A DNA stretch of 39,867 nucleotides from Gemmatimonadota bacterium (GTDB taxonomy: Bacteria; Gemmatimonadota; Gemmatimonadetes; Longimicrobiales; RSA9), in assembly GCA_040905425.1 (NCBI GenBank), contig JBBDRO010000081.1:54065-93931 (forward strand), read 5' to 3'. Under the pieces are notes generated by a model. That model did no database searches. It had not been told where the DNA came from and saw nothing but the letters and a program-made list of their open reading frames with translations. Within the stretch, counting starts at the first letter, position 1. Each line of letters begins with the position of its first letter. This document shows, in pieces, positions 16,782 through 26,067 of the stretch. Made by a program: the position numbers and the translations under genes.

Positions 16782-18110
16782 TCAGTCCATGATGACCGCA
16801 CGCTGGCGGAGCTTCTCCATGTACTTCTCGAAGAGCTGCTTGTGGATGTCATTCATGTCGATGGCGCGGCCCTCGATGTAGGCCTGCTCCACGCTGGCCA
16901 GGTAGTCCAGCGGGTTGCCGTTGGTGATGAGCAGCGTGGCGTCCTTGCCCACCTCCAGCGAACCGACACGGTCGGCGATGCCCAGGAACTGCGCGGGGCT
17001 GAGCGTCACCGCTTTCAGCGCCTCTTCCTCGGAGAGGCCAAAGGCCACCGCCACGCCCGCCTCGTACGGGAGGCGGTGGTTGTAGGCCGCGCTGGAACCA
17101 CCGGTGATGGCAAAGCGCACGCCCTTCTCGTGCAGCCGGGCGGCCAGACTGTAGTTGGCGTCGTAGCCCTCCCACATGCGCTCCGGGCCGCCCATGGTGG
17201 AGGTGAGCAGCAGCGGGATCTGCTTCTCCGCCAGCTGGTCGGCAATGTAATCCGCGTCGGACGCGCCGCGGATGATCAGGCGGATGTTCTCATCCTCGGA
17301 CCAGGCAATGGCGTCCTGGATCTCGCGCACGCCGCTCGCGGAAACCACCACCGGCATGTCCCCGTCCACCACCGGCACCATGGCCTCCCAGCGCAGGTCG
17401 GTGTCATGCCCGCCGGCCGCCCGGGCATCACGGTAGGCGCGCGCAGTGGCGAACATATCGCGCAGCTCGCGAATGCCCTCGGCGTACCCCTCCTGGTTGC
17501 GCGTGCTCGGCCAGTTCACGTTCATGGCCGTGCCGCTCTGCAGGGTCATCTCTTCCCACGTCCAGCCGTCCAGCGAGAGCGCGGCCGACATGCCGGAGAC
17601 GCGCCCGCCACCGGGCGTGGTCACCGCCACCAGCACACCGTGCGAGCGCGCCGTGCCGATGTGGCGGCTCTCCGGGTTGACGGCCACCTCGGCGCGCACG
17701 TTCGGGTTGAAGTCACCCAGCTCGTTGGCATCACTGGTGACGTCCACCGAGCCAATCTCCTCCAGCCCCATGGCGCTGTAGGCGTCCACGAGCCCGGGGT
17801 AGATGTGCTTGCCGGTGGCGTCCACCTGCTCCGCGCCCGGCGGAATCGTCACGTTCGTGCCCACGGCGGTGATGCGCCCGTTGGCAAAGACGATCGTGCC
17901 GTTCTCGATGACGCCGTCGCTCACCGTATGGATGGTGGCGCCGACGAGCGCCACGGGCCGCGCCTGGGGCGGCGCGGGCACCTGCGCCTCGACGGCTGGC
18001 GCCGCGGCGAGCACGGCCGCCAGGGCCAGGGCACCGCAGCGGAGCGGATGAATTGCCGTTCTCTTCTTCATGCTCCGACCCTCGTTTCCGGGTTCATTGT
18101 CAGTTCGCAT
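16782..18110 (-). CDS. Secreted amidohydrolase-family protein with degenerate metal site
   Basis: VDATGKHIYPGLVDAYS, PAQFLGIADRVGSLEVGKDAT; signal peptide. Alternative start ATG 18071 (MKKR...) also has an RBS. Confidence 0.87.
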   Translation of the reverse strand: MRTDNEPGNEGRSMKKRTAIHPLRCGALALAAVLAAAPAVEAQVPAPPQARPVALVGATIHTVSDGVIENGTIVFANGRITAVGTNVTIPPGAEQVDATGKHIYPGLVDAYSAMGLEEIGSVDVTSDANELGDFNPNVRAEVAVNPESRHIGTARSHGVLVAVTTPGGGRVSGMSAALSLDGWTWEEMTLQSGTAMNVNWPSTRNQEGYAEGIRELRDMFATARAYRDARAAGGHDTDLRWEAMVPVVDGDMPVVVSASGVREIQDAIAWSEDENIRLIIRGASDADYIADQLAEKQIPLLLTSTMGGPERMWEGYDANYSLAARLHEKGVRFAITGGSSAAYNHRLPYEAGVAVAFGLSEEEALKAVTLSPAQFLGIADRVGSLEVGKDATLLITNGNPLDYLASVEQAYIEGRAIDMNDIHKQLFEKYMEKLRQRAVIMD

Positions 18111-21063
18111 CTGCGCCCCCTCCGTTGGTGTTGAGGAGGAGTTGGATCAGGCGGGCGCGCTCGCGCGAGACCTGTTCACGCATCTGTGCGTCCTCGTCCC
18201 GATCGAAGTACCTGCGGCCGTCGATCCAGGTCTGCTCGGCCATGGTGAACTGGGAGAGCGGATGGCCGTTCCAGATCACGAAGTCGGCATCCTTGCCGGT
18301 CTCCAGCGAGCCGATGCGATCGTCCACGCCGAAGACCTGGGCGGTCCGGTTGGTCACCAGCGAGAGCGCGTCCTCCTCGTCCACGCCGGTGCGATGCACC
18401 TTGCCGGCCTCCCAGTTCATGCGGCTGGCAATGGCGCTGTTGTCCGAGTGGAGGGACGTGAGCACGCCCGCCTCGAGCAGGATCCTGGCGTTGTAGATGG
18501 TGCCGTCGTAGGCCTCCATCTTGAACGAGGACCAGTCACTCCACACCACGGCCGGCACGTTACTCGCGGCCAGCTCGGGGGCGATCTTGTAGGCTTCCAC
18601 GCCGTGCTGCAGCGCGCCGATGCTGAAGCCGAACTCTTCGGCCAGCCGGATGAGCGCCAGGAACTCATCCTGCCGGTAGCCGTGCGAGTGCACCTTGATC
18701 TCCCCATTCAGCATGTCGGCAATGGCCTCCATGCGCAGGTCACGGCGCGGCGGGATGCCCTCACCCGTGCGCTCCCAGTCGGTCCAGGCGCGCTCGTAGT
18801 CGCGGGCGGCCATGAAGTGGTCGCGGATGATCTCCTGCGTGCCCATGCGGGTGTCCGGGTAGCGGCCCTCGCGACGCTTCGGGTTCTCACCCAGCGCGAA
18901 CTTCACCGTGCGCGGTCCGTCGGCCAGCTTCAGCTGCTCGGGCAGGGCGCCCCAGCGCATCTTCATGAACACGTTCTGGCCTCCGATCGGGTTGGCCGAG
19001 CCGTGCATGACGTGCGCGGCGGTGAGACCGCCCGCGAGCTGCAGGTACATGTTGCGGGTGTTGTGGGTCACCACGTCACCCATGCGCACCTCGGGCACGA
19101 TGGCAAAGCCGCTCTCGTTGGTCCCGGACGTCCCGGAGTGGAGATGGGCGTCGATCAGGCCCGGAGTGACGTGCTTGCCGGTGCCGTCGATGACCACGGC
19201 GCCGGAGGGTGCGTTCAGGTTCTGACCCACCTGGGCGATCCTGCCGTTGGTCACGAGCAGATCGGCGTTCTCCAGCTTGCCCTGCGGCCCCTGTGTCCAG
19301 ACGGTGGCGTTCTGCACCAGCACGTTCTGCGGCTGCTCCGGGATGGCGGCGCGGCCGAACTCCATGGCGGGGCGGATGTTCGCCAGCGTGATGGCGGCGG
19401 GTGGCGCACTGCTCTCGCCGGCGCCGTTCTCGGCGGCCGCGAAGTCTGCGGAACGCTCCGCGCGGAAGTTGATCCGCCGGCCGTCGGGCAGCTCACCGAA
19501 CCCGTAGGCACCCTGGCCGGAGACCGACGCGGAGAGCTGGATCCTCCCCTCGATGCCGATGGCAGTGCCCGGGAACGACAGGCGGAGGCGGCCCTCCTCG
19601 GCGTCGATGGAGGCGGTGCCCAGCGGCACCTCGCGGCCGTCCAGGGTGATGGTGCCGCGGGGGCGGCTCAGCGTGCCCTCCACGACCAGCGGCCCGTTCA
19701 GGCGCGGCTCATCGTTCGAGGTGATGGTCCAGGTGCCGCGGGGATCACCGGCCGGTTCGGTCGTGACGGCGTAGCGCCGGCCCTCCACCCAGACATCGCG
19801 GACCACGGCGCCAGCGCTGAAGATGTCACCGTCCACCACCAGTACGTTGGCCCGCTTGCCGCGCTCCAGCGAACCATGCGACGCCTCCACGCCAAGCATG
19901 CGGGCGGGCACGGTGGTGAGCGCCGCCAGCGCCCGGTCCCGATTCAGCCCGCGCGCCACGGCGCTACGCAGGTTGGGCAGGAAGTCCTCGGCATCGATGC
20001 CGTCGGACGTGAGGGCAAACTCCACGCCCGCACCTGCTACCCGCGCGGCGTTCTCCGGCGCCAGGTACCAGTGCCTGAGCTGGCTCAGCCCCACGTCCAT
20101 GGCCTCTTCGGCCGTGTCCACATCGGGGGCCTCCGGGAAGTCCAGCGGCAGGATGAGCGGCACGTTGGCGCTGCCCAGCACGTCCAGGATCTGGTACTCG
20201 TTGCCGTTGCCGCGCACCCAGACATTGATCGGAAACTCCGCGGCAATGGCCTGGATGCGGAAGATCTCCTCCTCCGAACCAGCCTCCGCCACAACCGGCA
20301 TGCCGCCGTTGATGGCCGCTTGCAGGGCGTCCAGCGCCAGGTTGGTCTCCGGCGGATTCAGGCCGCGCGGATTGGCCTGGTAGGCCGACCAGGCGCGCGG
20401 GTACCACTCGCTGTCCAGGAACGTCTGCCGGATGAGCGCAATGGCGCCCATCGGCGAGTTGGGATAGCTGCCGCCGAGCTGGAAACTGCGGTTGAGCGAC
20501 AGCGACTGCGCCACATCCCGGCGCACGACGCGCTGGCCGGGATCGTCATCGCCGAGGCTGACCACGGCCGTGCGACCGCGGAAGATGCCCAGCCGGGGCA
20601 CGGCGTGGGCCGTGGTGATCCCCTGCGCGCGCAGGTCGGCGCGCCGTTCCACGTCATCGCGGAGGTTGTCGGCGGCGCTGAAGAACGAGCGCACCTGGGG
20701 ATTCCAGTGCACCGGTCCGCTGACCCCGTCCTCACCAGGGGCCTCGTCCAGTTCCAGGTCGGCGTGGGCGTCGATGAAGCCGGGATAGAGCGTCTGCCCC
20801 GTCATGTCCCAGACCCGGGCGTCGGCGGGCACCTGGACGTTGGTGCCGACGGCCTCGATGAGTCCATTGCGGATCACCAGCGTGGCGTTTTCCAGCACCC
20901 GGCCGGGCGCTACCACGATGCGCGCTCCGGTGAAGGCATGCACCTGCGGCGTGTTGTCGCGGAGCGCCTCGACGGGCTCCGTACGCGTGGCCTGCTGCGC
21001 CGACGCCGCAACGGGCACCAGCGCGAGCAGGGCGAGGATTGCGAAAAGGCGGGATCTCATCAT
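18100..21063 (-). CDS. Secreted double-domain amidohydrolase
   Basis: Two amidohydrolase units: YPGFIDAHAD...GSLERGKRAN and TPGLIDAHLH...GSLETGKDAD. Signal peptide; AGGAG RBS (start 21063 or 21060). Confidence 0.9.
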   Translation of the reverse strand: MMRSRLFAILALLALVPVAASAQQATRTEPVEALRDNTPQVHAFTGARIVVAPGRVLENATLVIRNGLIEAVGTNVQVPADARVWDMTGQTLYPGFIDAHADLELDEAPGEDGVSGPVHWNPQVRSFFSAADNLRDDVERRADLRAQGITTAHAVPRLGIFRGRTAVVSLGDDDPGQRVVRRDVAQSLSLNRSFQLGGSYPNSPMGAIALIRQTFLDSEWYPRAWSAYQANPRGLNPPETNLALDALQAAINGGMPVVAEAGSEEEIFRIQAIAAEFPINVWVRGNGNEYQILDVLGSANVPLILPLDFPEAPDVDTAEEAMDVGLSQLRHWYLAPENAARVAGAGVEFALTSDGIDAEDFLPNLRSAVARGLNRDRALAALTTVPARMLGVEASHGSLERGKRANVLVVDGDIFSAGAVVRDVWVEGRRYAVTTEPAGDPRGTWTITSNDEPRLNGPLVVEGTLSRPRGTITLDGREVPLGTASIDAEEGRLRLSFPGTAIGIEGRIQLSASVSGQGAYGFGELPDGRRINFRAERSADFAAAENGAGESSAPPAAITLANIRPAMEFGRAAIPEQPQNVLVQNATVWTQGPQGKLENADLLVTNGRIAQVGQNLNAPSGAVVIDGTGKHVTPGLIDAHLHSGTSGTNESGFAIVPEVRMGDVVTHNTRNMYLQLAGGLTAAHVMHGSANPIGGQNVFMKMRWGALPEQLKLADGPRTVKFALGENPKRREGRYPDTRMGTQEIIRDHFMAARDYERAWTDWERTGEGIPPRRDLRMEAIADMLNGEIKVHSHGYRQDEFLALIRLAEEFGFSIGALQHGVEAYKIAPELAASNVPAVVWSDWSSFKMEAYDGTIYNARILLEAGVLTSLHSDNSAIASRMNWEAGKVHRTGVDEEDALSLVTNRTAQVFGVDDRIGSLETGKDADFVIWNGHPLSQFTMAEQTWIDGRRYFDRDEDAQMREQVSRERARLIQLLLNTNGGGADAN

Positions 21064-21264
21064 GGCTCCTGGGCGTAACGGGTCCGGGAAACAGCGGAGG
21101 GTCCGCGGCCTACCCGCCACCTACGGGGCGGAGACTCGGGGCGTCGCGGCCCGATGTACGAGGGAATGGCTGTATTATAATGCGCGGAGCGCCTGCCGGC
21201 ACCCCTTCGTATGCACAGACGTATTCGGCGGCCGTTTCGTTGTGGCCGGGGGCGCGCCCCGGAC

Positions 21265-22533
21265 TCAGGGCTCTTCAGCGCCGGCTGTGAATGCCACCAC
21301 GAATTCCACGTCCAGGTCATCACGCATCACGCCGTAGATTGCGGTGCCCGCCACGGCCATAGGCGTGAACGTGGCCGGTAGATTCACTGTGCCCTGGTAT
21401 TTGCCGTTCGCGTCGAAGACGTCGAACACTCGCGGGGCGCGCCACGCCTCGGGCCAGGCGGCGGGGACGATGCCGATCTGGTGCGCTGCCGCGCGCGTGG
21501 GCGGATCCGGATAGCGGTCGGCGCGCTCGATCCAGAGGGCGCCATTACGGCCCACGAACAGGTCCTGGATAAAATGCAAATGGGGCGGCTCCGGGTCGGG
21601 GCGGGCTCTTTCCATAAGGCGCTCCACCGCTGCCCGGTCGATGGATCCGGACCGGCCCAAATACGCCTCGAGTGGCGCCTCCATGGCTGCGATCCAGGCC
21701 GGATCGTAGGGCACGGGCTCGGCCGCCCTCGTGAGCACGCGCTGGAGGGCGCCGTCCGTACCGTACCGCTCGACGCGGTAGGCCAGCGTATCGGACACGA
21801 ACAGGTGGCCCCGGCCGTCCACGGCAAAGTGCGGATCACCCATGAAGTAGGGGCCCGCACCGGCCGGGCCCGGACCGGCCGCCGTCCCCAATGAGCGCAT
21901 CACCTGCCCGGGGAATACGCCCACGGTGTCCACGGCCTCCGCGGGCGTAGCGCCCGCAAAAACGCTCACGCCGGCACGCCAGACTCCAGGTGAACCCGAG
22001 TAATCGATCGCCTGCAGGATCCAGCGGCCGTCCGCACGGCCGATCGGGGACATGTAGATGTCCCCCAGGAAACTGCTCCAGGACGATAGGAATGCGCCAT
22101 CCGCCCCGAAGAGCTGGATGCTACTGCCGGCTTCGAGCACCACGCCGCCCGCGCCCAGGACGATAGATCCCCAACCCTGGGGTGCCTCTCCCGGACCCGA
22201 TCCCCGCGCACCGACCCGCGTGGTCAGGCGCCCGTCCGGCCCGTAGCGGCGCACGCTCTCCGCTGCGTCCACCACCCAGATGCCGCCCGCCGAGTCCACC
22301 GCGATGTCCCAGATGCCCTGGAACTGGTAGTCGGGATCGCCGTCCACCACGCCGATGCGGAGCACCTCCTGGACCGCCAGGGCATGCTCGGGCTGGGCAT
22401 TGAAGACGATCTCGATGCCTGCGCTGTCCCGCACCTCGAAGCCGGCCGTGCGGCGATCGGCGTCCGTGAGGCCGCAGGCAGCCCCCGCCATCGAGATGCC
22501 GAGGACGAATGCAGAGCCTTGGCGTTGCGTCAT
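21265..22533 (-). CDS. Six-bladed beta-propeller lipoprotein (tandem paralog A)
   Basis: MAGAA-C lipobox, VRDSAGIEIV, GARGSGPGE, C-terminal RDDLDVEFV; ATGA overlap with paralog B. Confidence 0.85.
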   Translation of the reverse strand: MTQRQGSAFVLGISMAGAACGLTDADRRTAGFEVRDSAGIEIVFNAQPEHALAVQEVLRIGVVDGDPDYQFQGIWDIAVDSAGGIWVVDAAESVRRYGPDGRLTTRVGARGSGPGEAPQGWGSIVLGAGGVVLEAGSSIQLFGADGAFLSSWSSFLGDIYMSPIGRADGRWILQAIDYSGSPGVWRAGVSVFAGATPAEAVDTVGVFPGQVMRSLGTAAGPGPAGAGPYFMGDPHFAVDGRGHLFVSDTLAYRVERYGTDGALQRVLTRAAEPVPYDPAWIAAMEAPLEAYLGRSGSIDRAAVERLMERARPDPEPPHLHFIQDLFVGRNGALWIERADRYPDPPTRAAAHQIGIVPAAWPEAWRAPRVFDVFDANGKYQGTVNLPATFTPMAVAGTAIYGVMRDDLDVEFVVAFTAGAEEP

Positions 22534-23801
22534 CCGGCCTCCGAGGTGACCTCGAAGACCGTGACGTATTCAACGTCCAGGTCATCACGCATCACGCCGT
22601 AGATTGCGGTACCGGCCACGGCCATGGGCGTGAATGCCGCGGGCAACGCCACGGTGCCCTGGTATTCGCCGGCCGGGTCGAAGAGGTCGAAGACGTGTGG
22701 CGCCCGCCATTCCGGGGGCCAGACCGCCGGAATGACCCCCACGAAGTGCGCCGTGGCCGCGGCCGCGGGATCCGGGTGGCGGTCGGCGCGCTGCGCCCAC
22801 ACCGTGCCGCCTGGGCCAGCCATGATCTGGTGGATGAACGGGAGGTGCGCAGGCACGGGCGCGGCGCGCGTGACCTCCAGCATGCGATCGACCTGCTCGG
22901 CGGTGGCCCGGCTCATGGTGCGGCCGTCATGAACCACGTAGGCCTCGTAGGCCGCCGGCATGGCATCGATCCAGCCCGGATCGTAGGACACCGGCTCGGC
23001 CGCTCGTGTGAGCACGCGCTCCAGTGTGCCATCGGGTCCGTAACGCTCGATACGGTAATCAGTGGAATCGGAGACGAAGAGGCTGCCCCGCCCGTCCACG
23101 GCGAACGTGGGATTGCCCACGAAGTAGGATCCCCGACCCACCCCGCGCTCCGCTCCGAGGCTCACCGTGTAGCTCAGCTCGCCTGGCAGCGCGGCGAGCG
23201 TATCGAAAGGGCCAGCGGGCGAGGGGCCCAGCAGAAAGACTTCCTGAAGCCTGAAGACGGTACCCGTATCGGGATACACACGCCGCCGCATGACCCAGCG
23301 GTCGCCGGACCTGCCGAAGGCGGACATGTAGCCATGATCGGTCCGCGAAGGGTACGAGTTCAGGAACGTGCCGTCTGCAAGGAAGCGCTGGATGCCACCA
23401 CCGAGCGCATGCAGCGAAAGCTCTCCGGGTCCCAGCAGCACTGACCCCCACCCCTGCGGCGCCTCCCCCGGCCCCGACCCCCGCGCACCCACGCGTGTGG
23501 TCAGGCGCCCGTCCGGCCCGTAGCGGCGCACGCTCTCCGCCCTGTCCACCACCCAGATACCGCCCGCCGAGTCCACCGCCATGTCCCGGATGCGCTGGAA
23601 CTGGTAGTCGGGATCGCCGTCCACCACCCCGATGCGTAGGACCTCCTGGACGGCCAGGGCGTGCTCGGGCTGGGCATTCGAGACGATCTCGATGCCGGCG
23701 CTGTCGCGCACCTCGAAGCCGGCGGTGCGGGCGGCCCGATCGGTGAGGCCGCAGGCGGTGATCACCAGGCACAGTGCGGCGGGTAGCAGGCGGGCAGGCA
23801 T
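22530..23801 (-). CDS. Six-bladed beta-propeller lipoprotein (tandem paralog B)
   Basis: AGGAGG RBS before ATG 23801; lipobox VITA-C, VRDSAGIEIV, GARGSGPGE, C-terminal RDDLDVEYV. Confidence 0.87.
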   Translation of the reverse strand: MPARLLPAALCLVITACGLTDRAARTAGFEVRDSAGIEIVSNAQPEHALAVQEVLRIGVVDGDPDYQFQRIRDMAVDSAGGIWVVDRAESVRRYGPDGRLTTRVGARGSGPGEAPQGWGSVLLGPGELSLHALGGGIQRFLADGTFLNSYPSRTDHGYMSAFGRSGDRWVMRRRVYPDTGTVFRLQEVFLLGPSPAGPFDTLAALPGELSYTVSLGAERGVGRGSYFVGNPTFAVDGRGSLFVSDSTDYRIERYGPDGTLERVLTRAAEPVSYDPGWIDAMPAAYEAYVVHDGRTMSRATAEQVDRMLEVTRAAPVPAHLPFIHQIMAGPGGTVWAQRADRHPDPAAAATAHFVGVIPAVWPPEWRAPHVFDLFDPAGEYQGTVALPAAFTPMAVAGTAIYGVMRDDLDVEYVTVFEVTSEAG

Positions 23802-23908
23802 GGGACGACCTCCTGGCGGGCTGAGCCGGTCCGGCGTGCGGACGCGGTTCTGATCCGGTTCGCAAGATAGGGACGGGTGACCGCCCCGCACCACCCCGGA
23901 GAGAACCC

Positions 23909-23959
23909 TTGACACCGATCGGGTGGCAGTGTACTGTAGTACTCAACTACAACAGTGCA
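23909..23959 (+). promoter_or_regulatory. Sigma70-type promoter overlapped by a YtrA-type palindromic operator
   Basis: TTGACA (23909-23914), 17 bp, TACTGT (23932-23937). Dyads tgtactgt/acagtgca (23930-23937/23952-23959) and tgtagt/actaca (23935-23940/23946-23951). Confidence 0.75.
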
Positions 23960-23966
23960 GCGGAGC

Positions 23967-24350
23967 ATGCCCTTCGACATCGATCACTCGGACAGCCGCC
24001 CGATCTACGTCCAGATCATGGACGAGATCCGCCGCGGCATCGTGGTGGGCGCCTGGCGGCCGGAGGAGCCGCTGCCGTCCGTGCGCCAGCTGGCCGTGGA
24101 ACTGCGCGTCAATCCCCGCACGGTCCAGCAGGCGTACGGCGAGCTGGAGCGTGACGGCCTGCTCTACGTACGGCGCGGCCAGGGCACCTTCGTGGCCTCC
24201 CGCGCCAACGGCGCGGACCGCCAGGCGCTGCTCCAGGAGGTGGCGCGCCGCCTTCTGAACGAGGCCTACCGCCACGGTTTCGACGTGGACGAACTCACCG
24301 GCGCACTGCAGCGTGAAGCCAAGCAGCCCGACAACACCCAGGAGGCATGA
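23967..24350 (+). CDS. GntR family regulator, YtrA subfamily
   Basis: PIYVQIMDEI, LPSVRQLA, VNPRTVQQAY, RRGQGTFV; short C-terminal domain; lies directly upstream of an ABC ATPase. Confidence 0.93.
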   Translation: MPFDIDHSDSRPIYVQIMDEIRRGIVVGAWRPEEPLPSVRQLAVELRVNPRTVQQAYGELERDGLLYVRRGQGTFVASRANGADRQALLQEVARRLLNEAYRHGFDVDELTGALQREAKQPDNTQEA

Positions 24351-24351
24351 C

Positions 24352-25278
24352 ATGCCCGAACCCATCCCCACCACCCTGCCCGCGCAGGACCTGGCCGTCA
24401 GGACACGGGGCCTGACCAAGCGCTATGGAAGGGTTGAAGCGGTCACCGGCCTGGACCTGACCGTGCCCGAGGGGGCGTTCTACCTCCTGCTGGGCCCGAA
24501 CGGCGCGGGCAAGACCACCACCTTCCGGATGCTCATGGGCATGCTGCGGCCCACCTCGGGCAGCGCGGAGGTAGCGGGCGTGGCCACCTCGCCGGGGGGC
24601 CAGGTGCGGGCCCGCATGGGCTTCGTGCCCGAGCATCAGGACGGACCCTACGGCTGGATGCGCACGGGTGACCTCATCCGTCATCACGCGGGTTACTTCC
24701 CCGCATGGAACGACGCCTACGCCCGCCGCCTGGCGGACGCCTTCGAACTCCGGCCGGACGTGCGCTACGGCGAGCTGTCCAAGGGCCAGGCGCGGCGCGT
24801 CCAGCTCCTCATGGCGCTGGCGCACACGCCGCCCGTGCTGTTGCTGGATGAGCCGACGGACGGCCTGGATCCCGTGGCGCGGGACACGGTGCAGGCCATC
24901 CTGGCGGAGCACCTGGCCGAGTACCCGACCACCGTGATCGTGGCCACGCACCTGGTCTACGAAATGGAGCGCTTCGCGGACTACGTGGGCGTGCTCGGCG
25001 CCGGCCGGCTGGTGGCGCAGGTGGAGCGCGCGACGCTGCAGGCACAGCTGCGCCGCTACGTGCTCGACGTGGCGGAGGACTGGCATCCGCAGCTCGAGGC
25101 GGAGCTGCCCCTGCTGCGGCAGAACGGCACGCCGCGCGAGCGCCGCTGGACCATCTGGGGGGCCGAGGAGGACGTCACGCGGCGCCTCACCAGCGCGGGC
25201 GCCAACGTCCGCAGCGTCTCCGCCCTCAACCTGGACGAAGCGGCGCTCGCGCTGCTCAGCCGCAAGGAGGACCGATGA
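24352..25278 (+). CDS. ABC-2-type transporter ATP-binding protein (YtrB-like)
   Basis: Walker A GPNGAGKTT, signature LSKGQ, Walker B LLLDEPTDGLD, H-loop ATH; AGGAGG RBS. Confidence 0.93.
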   Translation: MPEPIPTTLPAQDLAVRTRGLTKRYGRVEAVTGLDLTVPEGAFYLLLGPNGAGKTTTFRMLMGMLRPTSGSAEVAGVATSPGGQVRARMGFVPEHQDGPYGWMRTGDLIRHHAGYFPAWNDAYARRLADAFELRPDVRYGELSKGQARRVQLLMALAHTPPVLLLDEPTDGLDPVARDTVQAILAEHLAEYPTTVIVATHLVYEMERFADYVGVLGAGRLVAQVERATLQAQLRRYVLDVAEDWHPQLEAELPLLRQNGTPRERRWTIWGAEEDVTRRLTSAGANVRSVSALNLDEAALALLSRKEDR

Positions 25279-26051
25279 GCACCCACGTAGTTCCCGGCTT
25301 CGCAGCCGTCCTGAGGCTCCAGATCCACCTGCTCTGGAAGTCCAGGGCCGCGCTCTTCCTGCTGCTCATGCTGCCCGGCGCCCTGCTGGCCACGGCGGCA
25401 GCCGCCGCCTACTGGATGCCGGGAGCGTTCGCCGGCCCGGAGTTCGAGTTGATGGGACTGCTTCCGTTCGTCATCCTGATGGGTGGCGCATGGGGCATCC
25501 TGGTCTGGCGCGACGAGCCGCCCAGCATGCGCGGCTATCACCGCAGCCTGCCCGTGGACGTGGCGGCGCATCATCTGGCGCGCGTGGCGGCGGGCGCCGT
25601 ATGGCTGCTGCCCGCGCTGCTGCTCTTCTTCGCGGCCGGGATCTTCGTCACCGCCTTGAGGGGCGATGCCGGCGCGGTCACTGCCGCCGGCCCCACGCTC
25701 TGGCTCGGCCACCTGCTCACGGCGCTCATCCTGTACGGCATGATGGCCGCGCTCGCCACCGCCGTGGAGAAGCCGCTTTCCTGGATCATATGGGGTTACG
25801 TGGCGCTGGCCGCGATAGCCATGCTGGTAGCGATGGCGGGTACGCCGGACACCTTCCGGTGGGCGGGCCGGCTCCTCAACCGCCCGTACGGGCTGGGCTG
25901 GGCCGTCGGCGGCGGACTAGAGATTGCCCGGGCGCGCGTCACCGCACAGGCGCCACCCGCTGGAGCATGGTTCCCGGTGGCCCTCGGCTGGCTGTTCGTC
26001 AGTACCCTCCTGGTCTTCGCGGCCGCCCACTGGCGGCGGATGCGGACGTAG
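25275..26051 (+). CDS. ABC transporter permease-like membrane protein (about 6 TM)
   Basis: ATGA overlap with the ATPase; multiple hydrophobic segments; SLPV motif. Confidence 0.8.
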   Translation: MSTHVVPGFAAVLRLQIHLLWKSRAALFLLLMLPGALLATAAAAAYWMPGAFAGPEFELMGLLPFVILMGGAWGILVWRDEPPSMRGYHRSLPVDVAAHHLARVAAGAVWLLPALLLFFAAGIFVTALRGDAGAVTAAGPTLWLGHLLTALILYGMMAALATAVEKPLSWIIWGYVALAAIAMLVAMAGTPDTFRWAGRLLNRPYGLGWAVGGGLEIARARVTAQAPPAGAWFPVALGWLFVSTLLVFAAAHWRRMRT

Positions 26052-26067
26052 CTGCGTGGGCAACGCG

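Noticed and set aside
18070..21078. 1002-aa plus-strand ORF, and similar long ORFs (2789-4462, 7866-9389, 16554-18134, 30626-32164, 37757-39055)
   Set aside because: Antisense or off-frame shadows of well-supported genes; low-information translations.
21174..21202. Sigma70 promoter for the amidohydrolase operon (TATAAT on the minus strand)
   Set aside because: Plausible -10, but the -35 is poor and the hexamer reads on both strands; not strong enough to list as a feature.
21265..23801. Diversity-generating retroelement TR/VR pair
   Set aside because: No reverse transcriptase in the window, both copies are full genes, and differences are not confined to adenines.
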